A stretch of DNA of 64,000 nucleotides, taken from NCBI GenBank assembly GCA_035628505.1, contig DASPJR010000215.1:1808-65807 (forward strand). The letters run 5' to 3'. The stretch comes from Planctomycetota bacterium. GTDB lineage: Bacteria; Planctomycetota; SZUA-567; H5-PLA8. The notes beneath the pieces are model-generated. The model ran no database searches and had not been told where the DNA came from. It saw only the letters and a program-made list of their open reading frames with translations. The translations under genes and the position numbers were made by a program. How positions within the stretch are numbered: the first letter of the stretch is position 1; every line of letters starts with the position of its first letter. Shown piece after piece: positions 62,420-64,000 of the stretch.

Positions 62420-63949
62420 ATGCAGGCAGGCTCTTTCGTCGAAAAAAGCAGCGCGCTTTCCTGCATTTCGCTCCAAAAATCGTTTGGTCGAAATCCAGCA
62501 CTTCGTGATGCGACGCTTGAAGTAAGCGCCGGATGCATTCATGCGCTCGTTGGCGAAAATGGTGCAGGAAAATCGACACTGATCAACATAGTGTCGGGCC
62601 GGCTTGCTCCAGATCGTGGCACGATCGCCCTCGCTGGTGAAACTGTTCACTTTCGCTCACCGCTCGATGCCGCTCGTGCAGGACTCGGCGTGGTGCACCA
62701 GCATTTTCTCCTCGCCGAAGCCATGACTGTTGCGGAAAACGTCGCGCTCGGAATGCGCACGAGCCCGCTTGGCTGGCGCTTCGATCAGGCAAGAATCTTT
62801 GCAGAAACCGAGCGCTTGGCCAGTCAGACGGGATTGCACATCGATCCGCGCGCGCGTGTGTGTGATTTGTCTGTCGGCTTGCGGCAGCGTGTCGAAATTA
62901 TTAAGGCGCTTTCGCGTGGTGCAAAAATTCTGCTGCTGGATGAGCCTACTGCCGTGCTCGCCCCGCCCGAAGTTGAATCGCTTTTTCAGACTCTACGTGC
63001 ACTCCGCGATTCAGGTCGCACGATCATGATCGTTACGCATAAACTCGATGAAGTTTTCGCCCTGGCCAGCTCGGTGACTGTGTTACGTTCAGGGGAAACC
63101 GTTTTTTCCGGTGCGTTGAATACGTTAACGCCCCCGGCGCTCGCGGAAAAAATGATCGGTCGTTCACTGCCGCAGCTTCCTATAACTCCACTGCGCGAGG
63201 TGAATGACGCTACCGCACTGGTGCTTAGCCGTGTGAGAATTCCTGGCACTCTCGAAATCGATCGCTTAGCCGTGAAATGCGGTGAAATCGTCGGAGTAGC
63301 GGGTGTAGAGGGCAACGGGCAACAGGAACTCGCCGCCGTCATTGCTGGAACCTTTGATGTTGTACCGGACGGCATGGAGTTATCCCTGAACGGCAGATCT
63401 ATTTCACGTGCAACGGTGGCAGAACGCACGCACGCGGGACTCGCCTTAATCCCAGCCGACCGGCAGCGCGAAGCTCTGGTCCTCGAAATGACGCTGAACG
63501 AGAATCTTCACCTGCGCGAGCCTTTGACGCGCCGGCGTGCGGGAGTGGCATTCCTGGATCATGCCGCCATGTCACAGCGATCGCGACAGGTGCTGCAGGA
63601 TTATTCCGTGTCTCCGCCTGACGAAAACCTTGCTGCACATGCGCTAAGCGGAGGCAACCAGCAGAAGGTTGTGATCGCCCGCGAACTGAGTCCCAAGCCG
63701 CGGCTCATCGTTGCGCTGAACCCAACGCGCGGGCTCGACGTGGGAGCTGCTTCCGAGGTTCACACACGCCTCCTGAAAGCGGCACGTGAGAGTGAAGCTG
63801 GCGTGCTGCTCATCTCGTCAGACCTCGATGAGGTGCTCACGCTTTCTGACCGTGTAGCCGTTCTTTTCCGGGGACGCATGACTGAGCTTGGATTGCGCGG
63901 TGTTTCTAAACACGAGGTGGGTAAAGCCATGGTCGGAGCCCAATCGTGA
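62420..63949 (+). CDS. ABC transporter ATP-binding protein with duplicated NBD (sugar/ribose-type importer ATPase)
   Basis: First Walker A GENGAGKST. LSGG-like signatures. Second NBD (LSGGNQQKVVIAREL). 509 aa, typical of RbsA/MglA-like ATPases. Confidence 0.85.
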   Translation: MQAGSFVEKSSALSCISLQKSFGRNPALRDATLEVSAGCIHALVGENGAGKSTLINIVSGRLAPDRGTIALAGETVHFRSPLDAARAGLGVVHQHFLLAEAMTVAENVALGMRTSPLGWRFDQARIFAETERLASQTGLHIDPRARVCDLSVGLRQRVEIIKALSRGAKILLLDEPTAVLAPPEVESLFQTLRALRDSGRTIMIVTHKLDEVFALASSVTVLRSGETVFSGALNTLTPPALAEKMIGRSLPQLPITPLREVNDATALVLSRVRIPGTLEIDRLAVKCGEIVGVAGVEGNGQQELAAVIAGTFDVVPDGMELSLNGRSISRATVAERTHAGLALIPADRQREALVLEMTLNENLHLREPLTRRRAGVAFLDHAAMSQRSRQVLQDYSVSPPDENLAAHALSGGNQQKVVIARELSPKPRLIVALNPTRGLDVGAASEVHTRLLKAARESEAGVLLISSDLDEVLTLSDRVAVLFRGRMTELGLRGVSKHEVGKAMVGAQS

Positions 63950-64000
63950 GCACGCCTTCCGCCACTTCGGATTCTGCCGGGCGCATTCGTGCAGCTCACG
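63946..64000 (+). CDS. start of downstream gene (probably ABC permease), 3'-truncated by window edge
   Basis: GTG overlaps the TGA stop of the ATPase (ATCGTGA). Only 18 codons are visible. Confidence 0.3.
   Translation, partial: MSTPSATSDSAGRIRAAH

Overview
This 64-kb window is high-GC (about 62%), protein-dense chromosomal DNA with no rRNA, tRNA or CRISPR array that I could find. The gene content points to a soil Acidobacteriota-like (Solibacter/Bryobacter-type) or PVC-type genome. The evidence is a PSCyt1/DUF1549/DUF1553 plus DUF1501 pair, TIGR02604/TIGR02603-type dehydrogenase and heme-binding domains, DUF1080, a Ser/Thr kinase fused to LRR and FGE-sulfatase domains, many signal-peptide proteins, and an in-frame UGA selenoprotein. 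About 45 genes are supported. Housekeeping genes are carA, groES-groEL and ftsK. The rest are mostly secreted or periplasmic multidomain proteins, a GAF-PAS histidine kinase, a sigma-54 activator, a glycosyltransferase, a second Ser/Thr kinase, an ABC ATPase, a Ca/Na antiporter, a low-molecular-weight phosphatase (LMW-PTP) and others. Two things stand out. (1) There are two tandem msrA paralogs whose catalytic Cys codon is an in-frame TGA followed by an identical SECIS-like hairpin, so they are probably selenocysteine MsrA proteins with N-terminal membrane anchors. The ORF track truncates both. (2) A roughly 4.1-kb AT-rich island (35.9-40.0 kb) is bounded by about 520-bp imperfect direct repeats. 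It sits just after the ftsK terminator and carries an orphan SMI1/KNR4 (SUKH) immunity-type gene, a domain-less secreted protein, arrays of GCGGGTGGCA REP-like palindromes, and a decayed REP-associated tyrosine transposase flanked by inverted 36-bp hairpin repeats. Other oddities are a 1.68-k-aa ceramidase-like/LamG/dehydrogenase/HEAT/cytochrome-c fusion divergent from an AraC regulator, a TTAGGG-like palindrome between carA and the kinase gene, and a 20-nt motif shared by two distant intergenic regions. All calls are from reading the sequence and ORF translations. No database searches were run.
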